NCBI GenBank assembly: GCA_010405405.1
Contig: MU004234.1
Span: 2,109,441 to 2,142,025 of the forward strand
DNA: 32,585 bases
Reading direction: 5' to 3'
Source of the DNA: Microthyrium microscopicum
Lineage: Eukaryota
Below are positions 13,401 to 25,719 of the stretch, one piece after another. Below the pieces are notes generated by a model that ran no database searches, had not been told where the DNA came from, and saw only the letters and a list, made by a program, of their open reading frames with translations. The position numbers and the translations under genes are program-made. Position 1 is the stretch's first letter; each line of letters starts with the position of its first letter.

Positions 13401-15489
13401 TAGCTTACTATAGTATTATAATATATCTTAGATTAACCTAATATAGTAGCTTTAAACTATATACTATAATAGTACTTTAATAGTATATAACTAAGTATAT
13501 AGGTTTTTTTATTAATATTAGAATAAGTTAGGTTATTTAGTATTTAATATCTATAAGACTTATCTAAGACTAAAACTCTAACTATAAAGTATCTTTAACT
13601 ATATAGGTATTTACCTTTATTTACTACTAATTCTATATTAGTATAGAGATAGTTCTTAAGTTCTAGAGTTTTATAATATCTAGTTTTCTATTCTTCTAAC
13701 TACGCTTATAAGAGTCTTATAATTAGTTATAAGACTTAGGATATATATAAACCTAATATTATTAGTATAATAATACTAGTCTACTTAAGTATTCTAAAAT
13801 TAGTTTTAAAATTAGTAAAAAGTCTATATATATAGGAGACTTTATTTAGGAATATAAACTTAGGTTTTGCGCTTAAATAGTTAATATAAAAGGTAAATAT
13901 CTAGTTAAGCTTACTTTTATATTTTAAGGTATTAATTACTTTTTCTTATTTATCTAATTAAACTAAGATTATAGATATAATTATTTATATATAGTTTATA
14001 CTAATAGTAAGAGTACTATACTAGTAGTTATTAGGATTAATATAAGTTATAGTAAATAATAACTATACTAGCAATTTCTTAGAATAATAGTATATTATAA
14101 GTTAGTTAAGATTCCTTAACTATATATAAGGACCTTTCTCTTTATCCTTAGGGCTCTAATAACTAGGAACCTAAACATCTAATAGATATTCTTTAAGAAG
14201 CTTAGGTTTCTTTTTCTTTATAAGGCGCTACTTCTTTATATATATTACTATACTTTTAGTCTATTAACTATTTATCTAAATAGTAACTAGTATTTAGATA
14301 GTCTTTCCTAAGCTTAGAATATTTATAATATAAAGGCTTTATATAAGGATAATATACTTATATATAATTATTACTCTAATAGCTTAATAAATTTAAATAT
14401 TAACTTTAAATTTAGGAATAATAAAGTCTAATATATTACTTTTATCTTTATAGTTAAAGAATATATATATCTCTTTCTAGTTTTTAAGTATTAAGTACTT
14501 ATAAGTTTTATTCTATAGTAGTCCTATATAGAAGCTTATAGTAAAGAAAGCTTTTAAATTCTTATTTTTAACTATTTTAGACTCTCTACGTTCTATATAT
14601 ATATTATAAAATAGTTTAACTTATAAAGCTTTAGTATATAGAGCTTTACTTATTATAAAAGACTTAAGTATAATAGATTTACGTTTAGTATAGTTAAAGT
14701 AATTAATAAAGAAACTAGTTCATTCTTAGATATATTTATTTTTAGAAGTTTTTAGTATATAAAAACTAATAGTATTAGGTATTAGTTTATATATATTAAA
14801 TAGATAAGATTTAATTTGTTTTTTATAAGCTTACTATATATTAATTCTTATATTACTATCCTTACTATTATAGTTATACTATTACTTATCTTTATAAAGT
14901 TATAACTCCTAAAGGTATTTTACTTCTATACTATATAATATATTTACTTTATTTAATAAAGAAAATAGTAAGTTTAGTAACTAAGGTTTAAATAGCGTAG
15001 TAATCTTTTTTATAGTTAAATTATTTACTTTAGTAGCTATAAAGTTATCTAGTATAGTAATATCTTTCTTAGTTAAGTCTTTAATATTTATAAAAACGTT
15101 TACTATAAGTAGTAATAATTCTAAGTTATTAGTAGTAAGATTAATAATATCCTTAGTACTAGTAAAATTAATAATATACTTAGAAGAACTTAAAGGTTTA
15201 GTATAGCTAAAAGAAAATAGCTTATTTTAAGAAGATAGTATAGTTAAAGAAGCTAGCATACTTAGAAAGCTATAATATTTTTTTAAGTAATTAAGAGGAA
15301 GTTTAGCTATTATTAGATAACTTAATTTTTATAGAATAAAGAGTAATATAATATAATCTAGAGTAGTAGAATTAGGTTTCTATAAATAATATATTTTAGA
15401 TAGATAATTAATATTTATAGAAATTAGCGCTTATACTTTATTATTTTTTATTTATATATTGCTAGTAGGAAGCTTAAGACTTTAAAGCT

Positions 15490-16085
15490 ATATAAGTCTA
15501 TTACTATCTAGAAGTAGTACTTAATCTTATTATATATTCTCTATTTCTAGCTTAATAATATACTCTTTAAGTCTTTAAGAAGATATAGTAGTAGTATTTA
15601 TAGGTCTAGCGCTATCTAGAAGTAATACTTAATCTTATTATATACCTCCTATCTCTAGCTTAATAATACGCTCTTTAAGTCCTTAAGAAAATATAGTAGT
15701 AGTATCTATAGGTCTAGTACTATCTAGAAGTAATACTTAATTTTATTATATACCTCTTATCTCTAGCTTAATAATATACTTTTTAAGTTCTTAAAAAGAT
15801 ATAGTAGTAGTATTTATAGGTCTAGTGCTATTTAGAAGTAGTACTTAATCTTATTATATACCTCTTATTTTTAGCTTAATAATAGGCTCTTTAAGTCCTT
15901 AAGAAGATATAGTAGTAGTATTTATAAGTCTAGTACTATTTAGAAGTAGTACTTAATCTTATTATATGCCTTTTATCTCTAGCTTAATAATATACTCTTT
16001 AAGTCCTTAAAAAGATATAATAGTAATATTTATAGGTTTAGTACTATTTAGAAGCAATACTTAATTTTATTATACGCTCTTTATT
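15490..16085 (-). repeat. 108-bp (36-codon) tandem repeat, about 5.5 units, in frame with the SNF2 ORF
   Basis: The anchor GAAG(T/C)A(G/A)TACTTAAT occurs at 15511, 15619, 15727, 15835, 15943 and 16051. The SNF2 frame reads approximately SARPIDTTTISS*GLKERIIKLEIGGI**D*VLLLD. Confidence 0.95.
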
Positions 16086-16509
16086 TTTATATTAGTAATA
16101 ATATTTTAAAATTATAATATTTAGACTAGTAAGCTTAGAGGAGTATAATATTCCTAGCTATTATTCTTATTAATTACTTTTAAAATTAGAGTTAATTTTA
16201 TCTTTATCTCTTTATATTTAGACTTACTTTTATTTTTTCTACTAGATAGGCTTATTTATACTAAAGTTTATTATTCTTTATAATTATAAGAACTAGATTT
16301 ATTTTTAAATTTTTTTTTATTTATAAATACTAAAAGATTATAGCTACTATTAACTCTTTTTATATTATCTTTATTATTATAGTACTTCTACTTTATTTTA
16401 TTAAGTAGTACTAGTAGAAATTCTAAGTCTTCTTCTTTAGAATTATCTAGATTACTATTTAAATTTATTTTAGAATCTTTAACTAAGCTATCTTTAGAAT
16501 CCTTATTTA

Positions 16510-16605
16510 AACTATCTTTATTATCTTTAGTAACTTTACTATCTTTATTATCTTTAGTAACCTTACTATTTTTATTATCTTTAGTAACCTTACTATCTTT
16601 ATTAA
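16510..16605 (-). repeat. 27-bp (9-codon) tandem repeat, about three units, formerly acidic
   Basis: TTATCTTTAGTAAC(C/T)TTACTAT(C/T)TTTA repeats three times. The SNF2 frame reads NKDSKVTKD (de-RIP approximately DEDGEVAED). Confidence 0.85.
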
Positions 16606-17259
16606 ATTAGTTAGGAATAGGATCTTTATATATATTACGTTTATATATTAATAGTTTAGTAGTAAAGGTAGGTTAAGTAGTTAGCTAGGGATTTATATAA
16701 GGTTAAGTATAAGGTTTCTTATTATATCTATTTTAGAGTAAAGGAAAAGGGCTTAGAGTAGAAGTAACTAAAGTCTTATACTTTTATTTACTAGTATAAG
16801 TTTTCTTTAAGGGAGATTTAACCTAGGTAATCTTAAAAGTAATTTTTTTTAGCCTATAGAGATTATTATAGGTAACTTTAGTAAAATTATATATATTTAA
16901 ACTTATTAAAATAGTTTAATTATTTTATACTTAATCTATATTATAAATTATATTTAAACTTTTAGATAAGTCTAACTTTAGGCTTATTATACTTTTAAAG
17001 TACCTTATACTAATCTTAACTATATATTTATAAATATCTATATTTATTTTAGATAAGTTAAAAGGGCTTAGTTTATATATATTTTTTAGGTCTAGTATAA
17101 CTTATTTTTATAAAAAGTCCTTAGTAAATACTAGTATAATTGTATTAAGGTCTTTATTATTCTAAATGTTAGTTTCTTAAAAGGTAGATAAGGACTATTA
17201 GGTTTTATAGTATTTCTTTAAAGTAGGCTTTTTCTTTTTTAATTATATATATATAGGAG

Positions 17260-17423
17260 AGTCTAGTAGAGCTAAAGGAAGTAGCTAGGTAAATTTAGGT
17301 AGTATATAGCTATTACTAGAGATATATATATAAGATTAGGAAGAGTTTAGTAGAGCTAAAAGAGGTAGCTAGGTAAATCTAAATAGTATATAGCTATTAC
17401 TAGAAGTATATATATAAGATTAG
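17260..17423 (-). repeat. 84-bp (28-codon) direct repeat, two units
   Basis: TAGTAGAGCTAAA at 17264 and 17348, each followed by GTAGCTAGGTAAAT...TATATAGCTATTACTAGA...TATATATAAGATTAG. Confidence 0.9.
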
Positions 17424-17599
17424 CTATACTATAGCGTATTACTATAATAATCTCTTAAGGTACTTTAGAAGAAGTTATTATTATCTTTATTAATATAGCT
17501 TAGCGCTATATTTTTACTAATATTAAATTATTATAGAGTTTAATATAAGCTATAGTTATTAGAACCTAGCTAAGGTGGAATTATACTTTTAAATCTAAA

Positions 17600-18502
17600 T
17601 ATTATAGAGTTATACTAAGTTAGGTTATGCTATATAGATAGTAGAAGTTATATTCTATAATAGCTAGGCTACTACTATAGTTAATAGTAGATATTACTAT
17701 TTTAAAAGCTTAGTAGTAGTATTATATAGTTTTAGTATCTATATTAGTTAAATAAAAGATAAGATATAACTAAACTTAGACTATTACTTTATAGTTATAG
17801 TATATTTAGTAATATACTATTAATAAGGTTTAGATAGTAAGTATAATTTCCTTATAGTCTATTTATAGTCTTATAAAGCTAGTTAGGAAGCTAGGAATAG
17901 TATAGCTAATATCCTTTAAAAGTAGAATTACTATGTATATTTTTATTATTAAATATTATAAATACTTAAGTTATTTATAGAATAATTAGAATTATATTTA
18001 ACTTTAAAGTAAAATGATTATATAGATTATAAGGCTACTTTTACTACTTATATTATTCTTAATAAGCTTATTTATTACTAATAAGATATTATACGTATAA
18101 AAGTATAATCTAGTCTAGAGCTTTATAAGAAGAAATATTAAATATTAATAAGATAATAGCTTAGGAGAATTATAAATTGCGTTTAATAACTTTAATATAT
18201 TTAAGATTATAGCTAATAGTATTAGTAGGCTATCTAATTATACTAAATTAGTTAAGAATATCCTTTTTTATAATAGAGATAATATTAAGGACTATTTTAT
18301 TAGTATAATAGCCTAATTCTATATAAAGGTTTGCCTTAGTTACGTTATTCTTAGTTTTAACTATTTACTTAATCTATTTATAATCTTTCTAATTATACTT
18401 AAAGTTTGCTTTATAAATTGTCTTTACTATATTATTTATAAAGTTAAGTATAGATTTATTAATAGAGTTAATAGCGCTAGAAGAAGAAAATTTATTAGAT
18501 AT
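17600..18502 (-). pseudogene. RIP-degraded ORF of unknown product
   Basis: A putative ATG>ATA start at 18502 gives (M)SNKFSSSSAINS..., and the frame stays protein-like for about 190 codons. A pyrimidine-rich leader lies upstream on the minus strand. The 3' end is uncertain. Confidence 0.4.
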
Positions 18503-18639
18503 AGTAAATTAATAGTAAATTAGAAGTAAAGAGTATTTAGTAAGAATATATTAAAGCTAGTAAGTTAAGTTAGCTAAAATATTTATTTAGTACCTCTAAG
18601 TAGTATTATACTATATTTTTAAAGTTAGTTATTATAAAA

Positions 18640-19150
18640 TATTATACCTATAGGCTACTATTAACTAAAAGTAAGGTTTATACTAAAGAAGAGCTAGTTT
18701 TAGAGATTTATATATAAAATACTAAAACCTTCTAAAGTAAGAGTACTAAAGGAATAGCTTATCTAATATTATAATTAATTTATAAAAGGAAATTATACCT
18801 AGAGGCTTTATTAAAGAAATAGTTAGGTATATAAAAGCTTTAAGCTATAGAATTAAGAATACTAATTTATATCTCTAACTTAAGGAGAAGGATTTAATAC
18901 CTATAGAGCTAAACTAAAGTAATTATTAAGTATATAAAATACTAATAGCTAAAGAATAAATAGATTAAAAGAACTTATTTAATTTAATAATTATAAAGAA
19001 GTAATAAGATAGAAATATAGTAGTAAGAGAAGAAGTATTAAAGGCCTAAAGAAAGAATATTTTAAAGTAGTAAAGTAGAACTTAGTTAATATAAGCTTAA
19101 ACTTAAAAAGAAGTCTTAGCCTATATAAGGTTAGCTAAGTTTCTAACTTA
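18640..19150 (+). pseudogene. Small charged-residue-rich fossil ORF related to the opposing segment at 19300-19890
   Basis: Purine-rich plus strand with an internal repeat TATATAAAATACTAA at 18711 and 18931. It carries AAGAACTTATTTAAT...ATAATTATAAA at about 18969. Confidence 0.3.
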
Positions 19151-19299
19151 ATAGTTATAATATAAGGTTTAGTAGTAATTATAATAGAATAGGAAATTAT
19201 AATTAATATCTATATTTATACTTAATATTTAAGAAAAAAGGAGTAGTTTCTTTTAACCTTAAGAACTATATAATTATTATATATAGGCTCTAGTAAGGT

Positions 19300-19890
19300 T
19301 TCTATCTATTTAACTAGAAGATTCTATATTAAAAGAGAGAATATTTCTATTTTTTTACTATTAAATCTTTCTTACTACTATTTTCTTACTATTATTTTAT
19401 AATTACTAGATTAAATAAGTTCTTCTAAATTTATCTTATACTTAGTTATTATATATAGAATAGTATAGCTTTATAATAACTTTACTAGTAGATAAACTTC
19501 TAATTATATCTTTAGTAGAAAGAGTAATTTCTTACTTTATTCTTATAACTTCTTTCTTACTATTATCTTTCTCTTTTACTACTCTTTATAATTATAAGAA
19601 TTAAATAAGTTCTTTTAAATAATTTCTTAAGTTTATCTTTTTATAGATAGTATAGCTTAGTAATTTAAAGTTTAGGCTAAATAGCTAACTTTTAGTAGTT
19701 ACGCCTTTAAGCTTTAGTATAGTAAGTAAGTTATTATTTTTATTACTATTATTTATCTTCTTTTCTTAATATTTCTTCTTTCTTAAAGAAAATACTACTT
19801 AAATTCTTTATATCTTCTATCTCTTCCTTAGCTTTTACTCTACTTATTATAAGTATAGCTACTTATAATACTTTACGTACTTAGTAATTA
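19300..19890 (-). pseudogene. Small fossil ORF with two internal repeats about 190 bp apart
   Basis: TTAAATAAGTTCTT at 19411 and 19601, each flanked by TTTATAATTA and ATAGTATAGCTT blocks. Confidence 0.3.
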
Positions 19891-22239
19891 GTATATAATT
19901 ATAATAGCTAAATTTATAGCTAAGATATAGGTAAAGATAAAATTTCTACTAAGATTTCTAGTTATCTAGCTATTATAATCCTAAAACTTCTTTCTAATTA
20001 GTATAAAACTTATACTCTTTATAAAGATAGTAAGCTAAATAATTCTAAGATTATTAAAATATAAGTTTAAAGAAATTTATTTCCTTATTTCTAGCTAATT
20101 ACTTATATAGACTAAATTTTATAGCTATCTCTATCTACTTAGCTAAGGAAGATCCTTTATCTATATTCTTAAACTTAAGTAAACAAAATCTTAAAACTAA
20201 AGATAAAGATAAAGTAAAAGTCTAGAATAGTCTAAAAGTCTTTAAATATATTCTTATACTAACGCCTTAAATAGATTCTAAGAATTCTTAATATATTATT
20301 TATAATCTTATAGTAAATCTATCTAATAGTAAGCTCCTAATCTAGTAGATCTATAGCTTATAAGTATATTTAGGTAAGCCTTATCTAGAAAATATACTAA
20401 AGAAAAGTTTAAAAATAGCTCTTAGTAAAAATAATCTAGTTAATAAAGTAAATTAATACTTAAGTAATAGTATTAATAATAAAGTTAATTAAGATAGTAC
20501 TACTAGTAAGCTTAAATATATATATAAATTAAAAAAGAAGTATTAATAGGCTATAGTTTTTAATATTAAAGTATAATTCTTTATAATAAAGAATAATAAA
20601 TAAGTTATCTAGTTTATATTAACCTTAATTATTTACCTATATTTTAAAGATAAAAGAAATACTTTTAAAGTTAATAAGAATAGAAATAATATATAAGAAA
20701 ATATTATAACTTTAATAGTTAAAACTATCTACTTTTTACTAAATAATCTAATTATAAAGAAGAAAAAGATAGACTAGATAGTTACTAAGTTTTCTATAGT
20801 TATTTTAGAAGAGTAACTTATCTAGTTAGCTTATAAGATTAATTAAAATATTAAATACTATAAAAGTATACTAGCTATAAGCTATATAACTATGCTTACT
20901 ATTAAGATATACTCTAACTTATTAAATAACCTTTTTTAAGTCTACTCTACTATAACTAGTAATTTAATAGTTAGTAGTAAAGATACTAAATTTAACCTAC
21001 TTCTTTACTATCTCTAATATATTATTTAGAATTAGTACCTTATAGTCTTTTAATTCTTTAGGGTTAATACTAGCCTAGCTATACTTATAAAAAAGAATCT
21101 TCCTTAGCTAATCTTTTAAGGTATATAAACTAATCTAGATATTATTTCTACTAATATTAATTATTTATTTATAAATAGCGTCTTTAGCTTATAGAAGGAT
21201 TATATTACTCTTCTAGATAATTATAATAATCTTATAAAAGTAAAGAATAATAGAATTATAAGTTTATTATATATAGTCTATTCTTTAATTCTATATCTAT
21301 TTATAGCCTAGAGTATAGATTTAGTAGAATAGCTTTATTAGGCATATAAGTAGAATAAAGCTCTCTATAATGCTATATTATATACTACTAGAATACTAAG
21401 AAGTAAAGATTATAAATTCCTAGTAAGCCTTAATTTTTATACTATAGTAAATAGATATAAATATCCTTATTTTTAAGAAAGTAACGTCTATATAATCTAA
21501 CTTAAGCTAAGAGCTAGACTTAAAGGCTCTTAATTTACTACTAAAGTTATTAACTAAGACTATAATATTTAAGCTACTTATAATATATTTATAATTATAT
21601 ATTATTTTTCTATTATACTTAATAATAGATATACTAATAATACTTAATTTTCTTTATTCTAAATCCCTAAAGAAGTTATTATTTCCTTAGACTATAGCTA
21701 ATTAATTAAGAACCTATATAAGGCCTTCCTTAAACTAAAAGAGCTAGAGGTTAAGGTATATATATATAATTTAGATAAGCCTATTATATACTAAATAAAT
21801 AGTCTTAACTAGATATAGTTAAGATAAAAAGAATATAACCTAGATTACTATTTTATTATAGTACTTAGCTTATACCTAAACTTCTTAGAATATTAGCTTT
21901 TATTAGAGAAGATTTTTACTATTTATACCTTACCTTTATTTCTTAGAAAAGTAGAGTTTAGTATTATATTAAAGTATACTAAAGAAGTATTAATAAATAC
22001 TAATACGCTAAAAGAGTTAACTATAAAGGTTAATAAGGTATAAAAGGATACTCTATTAGATAGCTTATCCTCTAGTAATATTAAGAATAATATATTAAAA
22101 CCTTTAACTAATTAGACTAAAGAAACTTTAAAAAAAATAAGTAGTAGTTCTACTTTATAAAAGCTAATTAATAAGCTACTTAATTTAAATTTATCTAACT
22201 ATATAACTAAATCTTAGTTTAAATAGGAATTTAAAGCTA

Positions 22240-22640
22240 ATAATAATAATACCTCTTATCCTCCTTCTCCTTTTATCTAAGATAATATTAATATAGAATT
22301 TTTAGATACTACTATAGTAGTGCTCCTCTATTCTATTAATAATAGTACTTCTTAGCTTCTCTACTCCTTTATCTAAGATAATATTAATATAGAATCTTTA
22401 GATACTACTATAGTGGCGCCCCTTTATTTTAATAATAATAGTACTTCTTATTCTTTTTTTCTCTCTATCTAAGATAATATTAATATAGAATCCTTAGATA
22501 CTACTATAGTAGTATCCTTCTATTTTACTAATAATAGTACCTCTTATCCTTCTTTCTCCTCTATCTAAGATAACGTTAATATAGAATCTTTAGATACTAC
22601 TATAGTAGCGCCTTTTTATTTTATTAATAATAATACCTCT
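22240..22640 (+). repeat. 96-bp (32-codon) tandem repeat, four units, in frame with the SF1 helicase ORF
   Basis: GATAA(T/C)(A/G)TTAATATAGAAT at 22281, 22377, 22473 and 22569. Confidence 0.95.
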
Positions 22641-22694
22641 TTCTTTATAGAGTCTTAAGCTTAAGATTAATAGACTAAGCTAAAGGTTACTAAA

Positions 22695-22918
22695 GCTAAT
22701 AGTAAATAGGATTAATAATTAAAAGTAGCTAATAATAAATAGGATTAGTAATTAAAAATGGCTAATAATAAATAGGGTTAGTAATTAAATATAGCTAATA
22801 ATGCTAATAATGATAATAATAATAATAATAATACTTATAAAGATATACTTAAAGATATTTTTAATTCTAATAAATAGTTAGATAATAAGATTACGCCTAT
22901 AAAAAATACTAATAATAC

Positions 22919-22955
<37 letters not shown>

Positions 22956-22995
22956 AATACTACTAATGTTAATAATACTAATATTAATAATAATT
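22695..22995 (+). repeat. 33-bp repeat (three units) followed by (AAT)n-rich low-complexity tracts
   Basis: GCTAAT at 22695, 22728, 22761 and 22794. AAT runs lie at about 22800-22833 and 22910-22993, probably former GAT/AAT codons. Confidence 0.85.
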
Positions 22996-25488
22996 AGTAC
23001 TAGTTACTAAGTATTTTTATAGGACTAGATATAGCTACTTTTGTATAATTACTAAAAACTAACTTTAGAATTACCTTAGAAGAGATTTAAAATCTTATAA
23101 AAAAGATAGAATAGATTAGTATTATAAAGGCTTTTTATAAAGATTAAAAAGAGTTTGTTAATATTATTCTCTTAAAAGATAGTAAAGATAGACTTAATAT
23201 TTACTATACTAAACTAGGATATAGTAAGACTAAAACTATAAAAGCTATAATAGTAATATTAATTACTCTTATAATATTTTATTCTAATTTTAAGATAAAG
23301 ATTTTAGCTATATATACTATAAATATATAATTAGATAACCTTATTACTAAGTATATAAATGTCTATATAGAAGTTAATTCTATAAACTTTTTGTAATTTT
23401 TTGCTATCTAAGAATACTTAATTAAGATAGAGAAATCTATTACTTTAAGGAAATTAAAAGAGGTATAAACCTAAGTCTACTAAAATTAAGGTTCTAGTAT
23501 ATAATAGTAGAACATAGATAATATAAATAACTATAGTACTAATATCTTAAATACTAAAATAGTATTACTTACTAAATAATATAGTGCTTACTACTTATAG
23601 TAACTTTATATAAATACTAAACATTAAGACTTTAAAGATATTTATAATTATTATATTAAATATTTTAAATACTTATTTAGAGAATTTATAAGTTAAGCTA
23701 GTAGGATAATTAATATAATTAACTTAGTAATAGGAAAGTAAGAATATAATATAGATATAGCTACTAAAGAGTTACTTAATTATACTTTTAACTTCTAAAT
23801 TCTTAATAAAAAGTATTATAATAAAGAGAAGCTCTTAAAGTTAAAAAGCGCTAATTATAGTAAACTACTACTAGACATAGAGTAATATTATTTATAATTA
23901 ATAATTACTCTTCTTAGTTTTATAAACTATAATGCTTTATAAGAGCTTTTTTAGGTAAATTTTATAGGTATTAACTTATAAATTTATAATAAAGTAGTAG
24001 CATTATATAGACTATAAATAATAGCTATTATATCTCTATATAGACCTTAAATAATTATATAGACTAGAGATCTATTCTAGTCTAGACTTATCTATAATCT
24101 TAAATATAAAAAAGCTATATTTCGTAATAGTTCTTAAATACTATTAATATATAATACTATAGTAAATAGCTTTAGCTAAACTATACTAAAATAGGTATTT
24201 AGATTTAATTTATTATACTATAATCTTCTTAATAATATAGGCTATAAAATTCTTAAATATACTAATAATAATAACTCTAAATTTAACTAACTATAATATA
24301 TTATAGGCTAGCTTTTCTTATCCTTAGAATATAAAAAAAATATGCTACTTATAATATTTATAAATATTAAAGATAGTAAAGTTAAAAAGGATATTACTAG
24401 TTTAAGTTCTAATGCTTATAATACTTATATTATAACCTTTATATAGATTAAACTTCTATTATAGATATAATTAAAAGGCGTTAATACTATAGTTATTACT
24501 CTTTACCTTACGTAAACTAGCCTCTATACTAAAACTAAAGATTAGCTACTTAAATAAGTTACTATATATATTTAGAATAATTATATATATACCTAGTAAA
24601 ATTATTAAGATATACCTTTATAATTTAGCTAAGTTTTAATAACTACCTATAATAATAGCTCTAGTACTAAGCGTAATTAGAATCTTATTAATCTTATTTA
24701 AAAAGATTATACTAGTTTCCTTATAGAAAACCTATAAATAAATACTATAGTATCTTAAGGCTACTTATCCTTATTTTTTAGTAACTTAAAGCTTTATAGT
24801 ACTATAATAGCCCCTAGTACTAAGAAATAAGAAGAGTTTAAACAATCTATACTTAGTAGATTACTAAAGTATTTTATTAATAATAGCTATATATAGTATA
24901 TACTATTTACTAATAATTACTCCTATTAGAATTTAGAGAAACTTAATATTCCTAACTTTAATAAAGTAGTTTCTTATTATAAGAAAGAGCTAAATATACA
25001 TAAGAAGATTAAAACTATTATATTTAAAGAACTAAAAGTAATTAGAGATCTTATAGGACTAACCTTACTTTATAGTTTTAAACTTAAGAGTAAAGAATTT
25101 AAAACTAATAAAGCTAATAAAGAAAGTAAAGTTAGTAAAGATTAGTAGTAAGGAATAGTAATAAAGAAAAGAATAGTAAGAAGGTTTAAGTTTAAAGTAA
25201 GGTTTATTTAGCTAATTAATTAACTAACTTAGATAGTATAATAGTTAGTACTAAATAGAAAAAGAGTTTAGGATAAAAGAGTTATATAAGTAAGAAAATT
25301 TAATAAAAAAAAATATATAAAGGAGTTAGACTAGAAAAATAGATAAAATAGTACTATTACTAGAAAAGTTAACTTACTAAGCTAGTAATTAATAATATAA
25401 AGTTACGTAATACGTTTTTAGTATAATATTATAACCTATTAGTTATATAAGATTAGCTAGTACTCTTACTTAGTCTTAGTATTAGCTA

Positions 25489-25532
25489 TTTAGAATATCT
25501 AGAAATATCTAGTATATCTAGAAATATTTAGT
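25489..25532. repeat. 9-10-bp-period array of T(C/T)TAG(A/T) upstream of the transposase
   Basis: TTTAGA 25489, TCTAGA 25498, TCTAGT 25508, TCTAGA 25517, TTTAGT 25527. Confidence 0.8.
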
Positions 25533-25719
25533 AAATAAAGGTATATTATATATATAATAAAATATTATTAGGTAATATTCCTAGAAGTTAACTTTACTAC
25601 TTAAGCTTTAGAATACTAAGTAAAATTAAACGCTAGTTATTATTAGTATAAATTTAATACTAGATTTACTACTTATATACTAAGAATGTACCTATATCTT
25701 TAAAAGTTAATAAGGATAA

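Larger units (their letters stand above)
11550..17500 (-). pseudogene. SNF2/SWI2-family (SF2) ATPase with a long repeat-rich N-terminus, RIP-inactivated
   Basis: All motifs lie in one minus frame. Motif I is SLYIINILSLGKTI* at about 14338-14294 (de-RIP GLYIADVPGLGKTIQ). Motif II is VLVLDKSY ending at 13553 (DESH). Motif IV is GKVLII at 12535. Motif V is STRSN** at 12226 (GTGSNWQ). Motif VI is *SIKKVL*VSN at about 12155-12120 (QSIGRVLRVGN). The ends of the ORF are approximate. Confidence 0.85.
20121..25151 (+). pseudogene. Upf1/DNA2/NAM7-like SF1 helicase with an N-terminal extension of about 1000 aa, RIP-inactivated
   Basis: All motifs lie in one plus frame. Walker A is KLGYSKT at 23211 (de-RIP KPGCGKT). 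Motif Ia is KILAIYTINI*LDNL at 23298. Walker B is IYNKVVA at 23982 (DEAAA). Motif III is TRDLF*SRL at 24063 (TGDPFQSGP). VITLYLT* at 24492 reads as VITPYLAQ. Motif V is NTIVS*G at 24741. A formerly acidic tail ends at about 25151. The start is approximate. Confidence 0.85.

Noticed and set aside
15490..16085. CRISPR-like array (also considered for 5355-5712 and 22240-22640)
   Set aside because: The units repeat over their whole length with no unique spacers, have codon-multiple periods and lie in frame within eukaryotic ORFs.
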